From assembly GCA_964016885.1 (NCBI GenBank), contig CAXHJY010000793.1, positions 36,001 to 100,000 of the forward strand: a DNA stretch of 64,000 nt. The letters run 5' to 3'. The notes under the pieces are model-generated. The model was not told the origin of the DNA, did not search any database, and saw only the letters and a list, made by a program, of their open reading frames with translations. This DNA is from Eledone cirrhosa. Its lineage: Eukaryota. Positions 28,932 through 43,900 of this stretch are shown piece after piece (positions within the stretch are counted from its first letter, which is position 1; every line of letters begins with the position of its first letter). Position numbers and translations under genes: made by a program.

Positions 28932-31900
28932 ACCAATTACTGTCAATCCACTGCCCTAGACATGTGTGACACTCTACCAATTACTGTCAATCCACTGCCC
29001 TAGACATGTGACACTCTACCAATTACTGTCAATCCACTGCCCTAGACATGTGTGACACTCTACCAATTACTGTCAGTCTACTGCCCTAGACATGTGTGAC
29101 ACTCTACCAATTACTGTCACTCCACCGCCCTAGACATGTGTGACACTCTACCAATTACTGTCAATCCACTGCCGTAGACATGTGTGACACTCTACCAATT
29201 ACTGTCAATCCACTGCCCTAGACATGTGTGACACTCTACCAATTACTGTCAGTCCACTGCCCTAGACATGTGTGACACTCTACCAATTACTGTCAATCCA
29301 CTGCCCTAGACATGTGTGACACTCTACCAATTACTGTCAATCCACCGCCCTAGACATGTGTGACACTCTACCAATTACTGTCAATCCACCACCCTAGACA
29401 TGTGTGACACTCTACCAATTACTGTCAATCCACTGCCCTAGACATGTGTGACACTCTACCAATTACTGTCAGTCCACTGCCCTAGACATGTGTGACACTC
29501 TACCAATTACTGTCAATCCACTGCCCTAGACATGTGTGACACTCTACCAATTACTGTCAGTCTACTGCCCTAGACATGTGTGACACTCTACCAATTACTG
29601 TCAGTCCACTGCCCTAGACATGTGTGACACTCTACCAATTACTGTCAATCCACCGCCCTAGACATGTGTGACACTCTACCAATTACTGTCAATCCACTGC
29701 CCTAGACATGTGTGACACTCTACCAATTACTGTCAATCCACTGCCCTAGACATGTGTGACACTCTACCAATTACTGTCAATCCACTGCCCTAGACATGTG
29801 TGACACTCTACCAATTACTGTCAATCCACCGCCCTAGACATGTGTGACACTCTACCAATTACTGTCAATCCACTGCCCTAGACATGTGTGACGCTCTACC
29901 AATTACTGTCAGTCCACTGCCCTAGATATGTGTGACACTCTACCAATTACTGTCAATCCACTGCCCTAGACATGTGTGACACTCTACCAATTACTGTCAA
30001 TCCACCGCCCTAGACATGTGTGACACTCTACCAATTACTGTCAACCCACCGCCCTAGACATGTGTGACACTCTACCAATTACTGTCAACCCACTGCCCTA
30101 GACATGTGTGACACTCTACCAATTACTGTCAATCCACCGCCCTAGACATGTGACACTCTACCAATTACTGTCAATCCACTGCCCTAGACATGTGTGACAC
30201 TCTACCAATTACTGTCAACCCACTGCCCTAGACACGTGTGACACTCTACCAATTACTGTCAGTCCACTGCCCTAGACATGTGTGACACTCTACCAATTAC
30301 TCTTAGTCCACCGCCCTAGACATGTGTGACACTCTACCAATTACTGTCAGTCCACTGCCCTAGACATGTGTGACACTCTACCAATTACTGTCAATCCACT
30401 GCCCTAGACATGTGTGACACTCTACCAATTACTGTCAGTCCACTGCCCTAGACATGTGTGACACTCTACCAATTACTGTCAGTCCACTGCCCTAGACATG
30501 TGTGACACTCTACCAATTACTGTCAATCCACTGCCCTAGACATGTGTGACACTCTACCAATTACTGTCAATCCACTGCCCTAGACATGTGTGACACTCTA
30601 CCAATTACTGTCAGTCCACTGCCCTAGACATGTGTGACACTCTACCAATTACTGTCAGTCCACCGCCCTAGACATGTGTGACACTCTACCAATTACTGTC
30701 AATCCACCGCCCTAGACATGTGTGACACTCTACCAATTACTGTCAATCCACTGCCCTAGACATGTGTGACACTCTACCAATTACTGTCAGTCCACTGCCC
30801 TAGCCATGTGTGACTACCAATTACTGTCAATCCACCTCCCTAGACATGTGTGACACTCTACCAATTACTGTCAATCCACTGCCCTAGACATGTGTGACAC
30901 TCTACCAATTACTGTCAATCCACTGCCCTAGACATGTGACACTCTACCAATTACTGTCAATCCACTGCCCTAGACATGTGTGACACTCTACCAATTACTG
31001 TCAGTCTACTGCCCTAGACATGTGTGACACTCTACCAATTACTGTCACTCCACCGCCCTAGACATGTGTGACACTCTACCAATTACTGTCAATCCACTGC
31101 CGTAGACATGTGTGACACTCTACCAATTACTGTCAATCCACTGCCCTAGACATGTGTGACACTCTACCAATTACTGTCAAACCACTGCCCTAGACATGTG
31201 TGACACTCTACCAATTACTGTCAATCCACTGCCCTAGACATGTGTGACACTCTACCAATTACTGTCAATCCACTGCCCTAGACATGTGTGACACTCTACC
31301 AATTACTGTCAGTCCACTGCCCTAGACATGTGTGACACTCTACCAAGTACTGTCAATCCACTGCCCTAGACATGTGTGACACTCTACCAATTACTGTCAA
31401 TCCACTGCCCTAGACATGTGTGACACTCTACCAATTACTGTCAGTCTACTGCCCTAGACGTGTGTGACACTCTACCAATTACTGTCAATCCACCGCCCTA
31501 GACATGTGTGACACTCTACCAATTACTGTCAATCCACTGCCCTAGACATGTGTGACACTCTACCAATTACTGTCAGTCTACTGCCCTAGACATGTGTGAC
31601 ACTCTACCAATTACTGTCAATCCACTGCCCTAGACATGTGTGACACTCTACCAATTACTGTCAGTCCACTGCCCTAGATATGTGTGACATTCTACCAATT
31701 ACTGTCAATCCACTGCCTCAGACATTTGTGACACTCTACCAATTACTGTCAGTCCACTGCCCTAGATATGTGTGACACTCTACCAATTACTGTCAATCCA
31801 CTGCCCTAGACATGTGTGACACTCTACCAATTACTGTCAATCCACCGCCCTAGACATGTGTGACACTCTACCAATTACTGTCAATCCACTGCCCTAGACA

Positions 31901-34900
31901 TGTGTGACACTCTACCAATTACTGTCAACCCACCGCCCTAGACATGTGTGACACTCTACCAATTACTGTCAACCCACTGCCCTAGACATGTGTGACACTC
32001 TACCAATTACTGTCAATCCACCGCCCTAGACATGTGTGACACTCTACCAATTACTGTCAATCCACCGCCCTAGACATGTGTGACACTCTACCAATTACTG
32101 TCAACCCACTGCCCTAGACATGTGTGACACTCTACCAATTACTGTCAATCCACCGCCCTAGACATGTGTGACACTCTACCAATTACTGTCAACCCACCGC
32201 CCTAGACATGTGTGACACTCTACCAATTACTGTCAACCCACTGCCCTAGACATGTGTGACACTCTACCAATTACTGTCAATCCACCGCCCTAGACATGTG
32301 ACACTCTACCAATTACTGTCAATCCACTGCCCTAGACATGTGTGACACTCTACCAATTACTGTCAACCCACTGCCCTAGACATGTGTGACACTCTACCAA
32401 TTACTGTCAATCCACTGCCCTAGACATGTGTGACACTCTACCAATTACTGTCAGTCCACTGCCCTAGACATGTGTGACACTCTACCAATTACTGTCAGTC
32501 CACTGCCCTAGACATGTGTGACACTCTACCAATTACTGTCAATCCACTGCCCTAGACATGTGTGACACTCTACCAATTACTGTCAATCCACTGCCCTAGA
32601 CATGTGTGACACTCTACCAATTACTGTCAATCCACTGCCCTAGACATGTGTGACACTCTACCAATTACTGTCAGTCCACTGCCCTAGCCATGTGTGACAC
32701 TCTACCAATTACTGTCAATCCACTGCCCTAGACATGTGACACTCTACCAATTACTGTCAATCCACTGCCCTAGACATGTGTGACACTCTACCAATTACTG
32801 TCAGTCTACTGCCCTCGACATGTGTGACACTCTACCAATTACTGTCAGTCCACTGCCCTAGACATGTGTGACACTCTACCAATTACTGTCAATCCACTGC
32901 CCTAGACATGTGTGACACTCTACCAATTACTGTCACTCCACCGCCCTAGACATGTGTGACACTCTACCAATTACTGTCAATCCACTGCCGTAGACATGTG
33001 TGACACTCTACCAATTACTGTCAATCCACTGCCCTAGACATGTGTGACACTCTACCAATTACTGTCAATCCACTGCCCTAGACATGTGTGACACTCTACC
33101 AATTACTGTCAATCCACTGCCCTAGACATGTGTGACACTCTACCAATTACTGTCAATCCACTGCCCTAGACATGTGTGACACTCTACCAATTACTGTCAA
33201 TCCACTGCCCTAGACATGTGTGACACTCTACCAATTACTGTCAGTCCACTGCCCTAGACATGTGTGACACTCTACCAAGTACTGTCAATCCACTGCCCTA
33301 GACATGTGTGACACTCTACCAATTACTGTCAATCCACTGCCGTAGACATGTGTGACACTCTACCAATTACTGTCAGTCTACTGCCCTAGACGTGTGTGAC
33401 ACTCTACCAATTACTGTCAATCCACCGCCCTAGACATGTGTGACACTCTACCAATTACTGTCAATCCACTGCCCTAGACACGTGTGACACTCTACCAATT
33501 ACTGTCAGTCTACTGCCCTAGACATGTGTGACACTCTACCAATTACTGTCAGTCCACTGCCCTAGACATGTGTGACACTCTACCAATTACTGTCAGTCTA
33601 CTGCCCTAGACATGTGTGACACTCTACCAATTACTGTCAATCCACCGCCCTAGACATGTGTGACACTCTACCAATTACTGTCAATCCACTGCCCTAGATA
33701 TGTGTGACATTCTACCAATTACTGTCAATCCACTGCCTCAGACATTTGTGACACTCTACCAATTACTGTCAATCCACCGCCCTAGACATGTGTGACACTC
33801 TACCAATTACTGTCAATCCACTGCCCTAGACATGTGTGACACTCTACCAATTACTGTCAGTCCACTGCCCTAGACATGTGTGACACTCTACCAATTACTG
33901 TCAATCCACTGCCCTAGACATGTGTGACACTCTACCAATTACTGTCAATCCACCGCCCTAGACATGTGTGACACTCTACCAATTACTGTCAATCCACCAC
34001 CCTAGACATGTGTGACACTCTACCAATTACTGTCAATCCACTGCCCTAGACATGTGTGACACTCTACCAATTACTGTCAGTCCACTGCCCTAGACATGTG
34101 TGACACTCTACCAATTACTGTCAATCCACTGCCCTAGACATGTGTGACACTCTACCAATTACTGTCAGTCTACTGCCCTAGACATGTGTGACACTACCAA
34201 TTACTGTCAGTCCACTGCCCTAGACATGTGACACTCTACCAATTACTGTCAATCCACTGCCCTAGACATGTGTGACACTCTACCAATTACTGTCAGTCCA
34301 CAGCCCTAGACATGTGTGACACTCTACCAATTACTGTCAGTCCACTGCCCTAGACATGTGTGACACTCTACCAATTACTGTCAACCCACTGCCCTAGACA
34401 TGTGTGACACTCTACCAATTACTGTCAATCCACTGCCCTAGACATGTGTGACACTCTACCAATTACTGTCAGTCCACCGCCCTAGACATGTGTGACACTC
34501 TACCAATTACTGTCAACCCACTGCCCTAGACATGTGTGACACTCTACCAATTACTGTCAATCCACCGCCCTAGACATGTGACACTCTACCAATTACTGTC
34601 AATCCACTGCCCTAGACATGTGTGACACTCTACCAATTACTGTCAATCCACTGCCCTAGACATGTGACACTCTACCAATTACTGTCAATCCACTGCCCTA
34701 GACATGTGTGACACTCTACCAATTACTGTCAGTCTACTGCCCTAGACATGTGTGACACTCTACCAATTACTGTCACTCCACCGCCCTAGACATGTGTGAC
34801 ACTCTACCAATTACTGTCAATCCACTGCCCTAGACATGTGTGACACTCTACCAATTACTGTCAATCCACTGCCGTAGACATTTGTGACACTCTACCAATT

Positions 34901-37900
34901 ACTGTCAATCCACTGCCCTAGACATGTGTGACACTCTACCAATTACTGTCAATCCACTGCCGTAGACATGTGTGACACTCTACCAATTACTGTCAATCCA
35001 CTGCCCTAGACATGTGTGACACTCTACCAATTACTGTCAGTCCACTGCCCTAGACATGTGTGACACTCTACCAATTACTGTCAATCCACTGCCCTAGACA
35101 TGTGTGACACTCTACCAATTACTGTCAATCCACCGCCCTAGACATGTGTGACACTCTACCAATTACTGTCAATCCACCACCCTAGACATGTGTGACACTC
35201 TACCAATTACTGTCAATCCACTGCCCTAGACATGTGTGACACTCTACCAATTACTGTCAGTCCACTGCCCTAGACATGTGTGACACTCTACCAATTACTG
35301 TCAATCCACTGCCCTAGACATGTGTGACACTCTACCAATTACTGTCAGTCTACTGCCCTAGACATGTGTGACACTCTACCAATTACTGTCAGTCCACTGC
35401 CCTAGACATGTGTGACACTCTACCAATTACTGTCAATCCACCGCCCTAGACATGTGTGACACTCTACCAATTACTGTCAATCCACTGCCCTAGACATGTG
35501 TGACACTCTACCAATTACTGTCAATCCACTGCCCTAGACATGTGTGACACTCTACCAATTACTGTCAATCCACTGCCCTAGACATGTGTGACACTCTACC
35601 AATTACTGTCAATCCACCGCCCTAGACATGTGTGACACTCTACCAATTACTGTCAATCCACTGCCCTAGACATGTGTGACGCTCTACCAATTACTGTCAG
35701 TCCACTGCCCTAGATATGTGTGACACTCTACCAATTACTGTCAATCCACTGCCCTAGACATGTGTGACACTCTACCAATTACTGTCAATCCACCGCCCTA
35801 GACATGTGTGACACTCTACCAATTACTGTCAACCCACCGCCCTAGACATGTGTGACACTCTACCAATTACTGTCAACCCACTGCCCTAGACATGTGTGAC
35901 ACTCTACCAATTACTGTCAATCCACCGCCCTAGACATGTGACACTCTACCAATTACTGTCAATCCACTGCCCTAGACATGTGTGACACTCTACCAATTAC
36001 TGTCAACCCACTGCCCTAGACACGTGTGACACTCTACCAATTACTGTCAGTCCACTGCCCTAGACATGTGTGACACTCTACCAATTACTCTTAGTCCACC
36101 GCCCTAGACATGTGTGACACTCTACCAATTACTGTCAGTCCACTGCCCTAGACATGTGTGACACTCTACCAATTACTGTCAATCCACTGCCCTAGACATG
36201 TGTGACACTCTACCAATTACTGTCAGTCCACTGCCCTAGACATGTGTGACACTCTACCAATTACTGTCAGTCCACTGCCCTAGACATGTGTGACACTCTA
36301 CCAATTACTGTCAATCCACTGCCCTAGACATGTGTGACACTCTACCAATTACTGTCAATCCACTGCCCTAGACATGTGTGACACTCTACCAATTACTGTC
36401 AGTCCACTGCCCTAGACATGTGTGACACTCTACCAATTACTGTCAGTCCACTGCCCTAGACATGTGTGACACTCTACCAATTACTGTCAATCCACCGCCC
36501 TAGACATGTGTGACACTCTACCAATTACTGTCAATCCACTGCCCTAGACATGTGTGACACTCTACCAATTACTGTCAATCCACTGCCCTAGACATGTGAC
36601 ACTCTACCAATTACTGTCAATCCACTGCCCTAGACATGTGTGACACTCTACCAATTACTGTCAGTCTACTGCCCTAGACATGTGTGACACTCTACCAATT
36701 ACTGTCACTCCACCGCCCTAGACATGTGTGACACTCTACCAATTACTGTCAATCCACTGCCGTAGACATGTGTGACACTCTACCAATTACTGTCAATCCA
36801 CTGCCCTAGACATGTGTGACACTCTACCAATTACTGTCAATCCACTGCCCTAGACATGTGTGACACTCTACCAATTACTGTCAATCCACTGCCCTAGACA
36901 TGTGTGACACTCTACCAATTACTGTCAATCCACTGCCCTAGACATGTGTGACACTCTACCAATTACTGTCAGTCCACTGCCCTAGACATGTGTGACACTC
37001 TACCAAGTACTGTCAATCCACTGCCCTAGACATGTGTGACACTCTACCAATTACTGTCAATCCACTGCCCTAGACATGTGTGACACTCTACCAATTACTG
37101 TCAGTCTACTGCCCTAGACGTGTGTGACACTCTACCAATTACTGTCAATCCACCGCCCTAGACATGTGTGACACTCTACCAATTACTGTCAATCCACTGC
37201 CCTAGACATGTGTGACACTCTACCAATTACTGTCAATCCACTGCCCTAGACATGTGTGACACTCTACCAATTACTGTCAGTCTACTGCCCTAGACATGTG
37301 TGACACTCTACCAATTACTGTCACTCCACCGCCCTAGACATGTGTGACACTCTACCAATTACTGTCAATCCACTGCCGTAGACATGTGTGACACTCTACC
37401 AATTACTGTCAATCCACTGCCCTAGACATGTGTGACACTCTACCAATTACTGTCAATCCACTGCCCTAGACATGTGTGACACTCTACCAATTACTGTCAA
37501 TCCACTGCCCTAGACATGTGTGACACTCTACCAATTACTGTCAATCCACTGCCCTAGACATGTGTGACACTCTACCAATTACTGTCAGTCCACTGCCCTA
37601 GACATGTGTGACACTCTACCAAGTACTGTCAATCCACTGCCCTAGACATGTGTGACACTCTACCAATTACTGTCAATCCACTGCCCTAGACATGTGTGAC
37701 ACTCTACCAATTACTGTCAATCCACTGCCCTAGACATGTCTGACACTCTACCAATTACTGTCAACCCACTGCCCTAGACATGTGTGACACTCTACCAATT
37801 ACTGTCAATCCACTGCCCTAGACATGTGTGACACTCTACCAATTACTGTCAATCCACTGCCCTAGACATGTCTGACACTCTACCAATTACTGTCAACCCA

Positions 37901-40900
37901 CTGCCCTAGACATGTGTGACACTCTACCAATTACTGTCAATCCACCGCCCTAGACATGTGTGACACTCTACCAATTACTGTCAATCCACTGCCCTAGACA
38001 TGTGTGACACTCTACCAATTACTGTCAGTCTACTGCCCTAGACATGTGTGACACTCTACCAATTACTGTCAATCCACTGCCCTAGACATGTGTGACACTC
38101 TACCAATTACTGTCAGTCCACTGCCCTAGATATGTGTGACATTCTACCAATTACTGTCAATCCACTGCCTCAGACATTTGTGACACTCTACCAATTACTG
38201 TCAGTCCACTGCCCTAGATATGTGTGACACTCTACCAATTACTGTCAATCCACTGCCCTAGACATGTGACACTCTACCAATTACTGTCAATCCACCGCCC
38301 TAGACATGTGTGACACTCTACCAATTACTGTCAATCCACTGCCCTAGACATGTGTGACACTCTACCAATTACTGTCAACCCTCCGCCCTAGACATGTGTG
38401 ACACTCTACCAATTACTGTCAACCCACTGCCCTAGACATGTGTGACACTCTACCAATTACTGTCAATCCACCGCCCTAGACATGTGTGACACTCTACCAA
38501 TTACTGTCAATCCACCGCCCTAGACATGTGTGACACTCTACCAATTACTGTCAACCCACTGCCCTAGACATGTGTGACACTCTACCAATTACTGTCAATC
38601 CACCGCCCTAGACATGTGTGACACTCTACCAATTACTGTCAACCCACCGCCCTAGACATGTGTGACACTCTACCAATTACTGTCAACCCACTGCCCTAGA
38701 CATGTGTGACACTCTACCAATTACTGTCAATCCACCGCCCTAGACATGTGACACTCTACCAATTACTGTCAATCCACTGCCCTAGACATGTGTGACACTC
38801 TACCAATTACTGTCAACCCACTGCCCTAGACATGTGTGACACTCTACCAATTACTGTCAATCCACTGCCCTAGACATGTGTGACACTCTACCAATTACTG
38901 TCAGTCCACTGCCCTAGACATGTGTGACACTCTACCAATTACTGTCAGTCCACTGCCCTAGACATGTGTGACACTCTACCAATTACTGTCAATCCACTGC
39001 CCTAGACATGTGTGACACTCTACCAATTACTGTCAATCCACTGCCCTAGACATGTGTGACACTCTACCAATTACTGTCAATCCACTGCCCTAGACATGTG
39101 TGACACTCTACCAATTACTGTCAATCCACTGCCCTAGACATGTGTGACACTCTACCAATTACTGTCAATCCACTGCCCTAGACATGTGTGACACTCTACC
39201 AATTACTGTCAATCCACTGCCCTAGACATGTGTGACACTCTACCAATTACTGTCAATCCACTGCCCTAGACATGTGTGACACTCTACCAATTACTGTCAG
39301 TCCACTGCCCTAGACATGTGTGACACTCTACCAATTACTATCAATCCACTGCCCTAGACATGTGTGACTACCAATTACTGTCAATCCACTGCCCTAGACA
39401 TGTGTGACACTCTACCAATTACTGTCAGTCCACTGCCCTAGACATGTGTGACACTCTACCAATTACTGTCAATCCACTGCCCTAGACATGTGTGACGCTC
39501 TACCAATTACTGTCAGTCCACTGCCCTAGATATGTGTGACACTCTACCAATTACTGTCAATCCACTGCCCTAGACATGTGTGACACTCTACCAATTACTG
39601 TCAATCCACTGCCCTAGACATGTGTGACACTCTACCAATTACTGTCAATCCACTGCCCTAGACATGTGTGACACTCTACCAATTACTGTCAGTCCACTGC
39701 CCTAGACATGTGTGACACTCTACCAATTACTATCAATCCACTGCCCTAGACATGTGTGACTACCAATTACTGTCAATCCACTGCCCTAGACATGTGTGAC
39801 ACTCTACCAATTACTGTCAGTCCACTGCCCTAGACATGTGTGACACTCTACCAATTACTGTCAATCCACTGCCCTAGACATGTGTGACGCTCTACCAATT
39901 ACTGTCAGTCCACTTCCCTAGATATGTGTGACACTCTACCAATTACTGTCAATCCACTGCCCTAGACATGTGTGACACTCTACCAATTACTGTCAATCCA
40001 CTGCCCTAGACATGTGTGACACTCTACCAATTACTGTCAGTCTACTGCCCTAGACGTGTGTGACACTCTACCAATTACTGTCAATCCACCGCCCTAGACA
40101 TGTGTGACACTCTACCAATTACTGTGAGTCCACTGCCCTAGACATGTGTGACACTCTACCAATTACTGTCAGTCCACTGCCCTAGATATGTGTGACACTC
40201 TACCAATTACTGTCAATCCACTGCCCTAGACATGTGTGACGCTCTACCAATTACTGTCAGTCCACTGCCCTAGATATGTGTGACACTCTACCAATTACTG
40301 TCAATCCACTGCCCTAGACATGTGTGACACTCTACCAATTATTGTCAATCCCCCGCCCTAGACATGTGTGACACTCTACCAATTACTGTCAACCCACCGC
40401 CCTAGACATGTGTGACACTCTACCAATTACTGTCAACCCACTGCCCTAGACATGTGTGACACTCTACCAATTACTGTCAATCCACCGCCCTAGACATGTG
40501 ACACTCTACCAATTACTGTCAATCCACTGCCCTAGACATGTGTGACACTCTACCAATTACTGTCAACCCACTGCCCTAGACACGTGTGACACTCTACCAA
40601 TTACTGTCAGTCCACTGCCCTAGACATGTGTGACACTCTACCAAGTACTGTCAATCCACTGCCCTAGACATGTGTGACACTCTACCAATTACTGTCAATC
40701 CACTGCCCTAGACATGTGTGACACTCTACCAATTACTGTCAATCCACTGCCCTAGACATGTCTGACACTCTACCAATTACTGTCAACCCACTGCCCTAGA
40801 CATGTGTGACACTCTACCAATTACTGTCAATCCACTGCCCTAGACATGTGTGACACTCTACCAATTACTGTCAATCCACTGCCCTAGACATGTCTGACAC

Positions 40901-43900
40901 TCTACCAATTACTGTCAACCCACTGCCCTAGACATGTGTGACACTCTACCAATTACTGTCAATCCACCGCCCTAGACATGTGTGACACTCTACCAATTAC
41001 TGTCAATCCACTGCCCTAGACATGTGTGACACTCTACCAATTACTGTCAGTCTACTGCCCTAGACATGTGTGACACTCTACCAATTACTGTCAATCCACT
41101 GCCCTAGACATGTGTGACACTCTACCAATTACTGTCAGTCCACTGCCCTAGATATGTGTGACATTCTACCAATTACTGTCAATCCACTGCCTCAGACATT
41201 TGTGACACTCTACCAATTACTGTCAGTCCACTGCCCTAGATATGTGTGACACTCTACCAATTACTGTCAATCCACTGCCCTAGACATGTGACACTCTACC
41301 AATTACTGTCAATCCACCGCCCTAGACATGTGTGACACTCTACCAATTACTGTCAATCCACTGCCCTAGACATGTGTGACACTCTACCAATTACTGTCAA
41401 CCCTCCGCCCTAGACATGTGTGACACTCTACCAATTACTGTCAACCCACTGCCCTAGACATGTGTGACACTCTACCAATTACTGTCAATCCACCGCCCTA
41501 GACATGTGTGACACTCTACCAATTACTGTCAATCCACCGCCCTAGACATGTGTGACACTCTACCAATTACTGTCAACCCACTGCCCTAGACATGTGTGAC
41601 ACTCTACCAATTACTGTCAATCCACCGCCCTAGACATGTGTGACACTCTACCAATTACTGTCAACCCACCGCCCTAGACATGTGTGACACTCTACCAATT
41701 ACTGTCAACCCACTGCCCTAGACATGTGTGACACTCTACCAATTACTGTCAATCCACCGCCCTAGACATGTGACACTCTACCAATTACTGTCAATCCACT
41801 GCCCTAGACATGTGTGACACTCTACCAATTACTGTCAACCCACTGCCCTAGACATGTGTGACACTCTACCAATTACTGTCAATCCACTGCCCTAGACATG
41901 TGTGACACTCTACCAATTACTGTCAGTCCACTGCCCTAGACATGTGTGACACTCTACCAATTACTGTCAGTCCACTGCCCTAGACATGTGTGACACTCTA
42001 CCAATTACTGTCAATCCACTGCCCTAGACATGTGTGACACTCTACCAATTACTGTCAATCCACTGCCCTAGACATGTGTGACACTCTACCAATTACTGTC
42101 AATCCACTGCCCTAGACATGTGTGACACTCTACCAATTACTGTCAATCCACTGCCCTAGACATGTGTGACACTCTACCAATTACTGTCAATCCACTGCCC
42201 TAGACATGTGTGACACTCTACCAATTACTGTCAATCCACTGCCCTAGACATGTGTGACACTCTACCAATTACTGTCAATCCACTGCCCTAGACATGTGTG
42301 ACACTCTACCAATTACTGTCAGTCCACTGCCCTAGACATGTGTGACACTCTACCAATTACTATCAATCCACTGCCCTAGACATGTGTGACTACCAATTAC
42401 TGTCAATCCACTGCCCTAGACATGTGTGACACTCTACCAATTACTGTCAGTCCACTGCCCTAGACATGTGTGACACTCTACCAATTACTGTCAATCCACT
42501 GCCCTAGACATGTGTGACGCTCTACCAATTACTGTCAGTCCACTGCCCTAGATATGTGTGACACTCTACCAATTACTGTCAATCCACTGCCCTAGACATG
42601 TGTGACACTCTACCAATTACTGTCAATCCACTGCCCTAGACATGTGTGACACTCTACCAATTACTGTCAATCCACTGCCCTAGACATGTGTGACACTCTA
42701 CCAATTACTGTCAGTCCACTGCCCTAGACATGTGTGACACTCTACCAATTACTATCAATCCACTGCCCTAGACATGTGTGACTACCAATTACTGTCAATC
42801 CACTGCCCTAGACATGTGTGACACTCTACCAATTACTGTCAGTCCACTGCCCTAGACATGTGTGACACTCTACCAATTACTGTCAATCCACTGCCCTAGA
42901 CATGTGTGACGCTCTACCAATTACTGTCAGTCCACTTCCCTAGATATGTGTGACACTCTACCAATTACTGTCAATCCACTGCCCTAGACATGTGTGACAC
43001 TCTACCAATTACTGTCAATCCACTGCCCTAGACATGTGTGACACTCTACCAATTACTGTCAGTCTACTGCCCTAGACGTGTGTGACACTCTACCAATTAC
43101 TGTCAATCCACCGCCCTAGACATGTGTGACACTCTACCAATTACTGTGAGTCCACTGCCCTAGACATGTGTGACACTCTACCAATTACTGTCAGTCCACT
43201 GCCCTAGATATGTGTGACACTCTACCAATTACTGTCAATCCACTGCCCTAGACATGTGTGACGCTCTACCAATTACTGTCAGTCCACTGCCCTAGATATG
43301 TGTGACACTCTACCAATTACTGTCAATCCACTGCCCTAGACATGTGTGACACTCTACCAATTATTGTCAATCCCCCGCCCTAGACATGTGTGACACTCTA
43401 CCAATTACTGTCAACCCACCGCCCTAGACATGTGTGACACTCTACCAATTACTGTCAACCCACTGCCCTAGACATGTGTGACACTCTACCAATTACTGTC
43501 AATCCACCGCCCTAGACATGTGACACTCTACCAATTACTGTCAATCCACTGCCCTAGACATGTGTGACACTCTACCAATTACTGTCAACCCACTGCCCTA
43601 GACACGTGTGACACTCTACCAATTACTGTCAGTCCACTGCCCTAGACATGTGTGACACTCTACCAATTACTGTCAGTCCACCGCCCTAGACATGTGTGAC
43701 ACTCTACCAATTACTGTCAGTCCACTGCCCTAGACATGTGTGACACTCTACCAATTACTGTCAATCCACTGCCCTAGACATGTGTGACACTCTACCAATT
43801 ACTGTCAGTCCACTGCCCTAGACATGTGTGACACTCTACCAATTACTGTCAGTCCACTGCCCTAGACATGTGTGACACTCTACCAATTACTGTCAATCCA

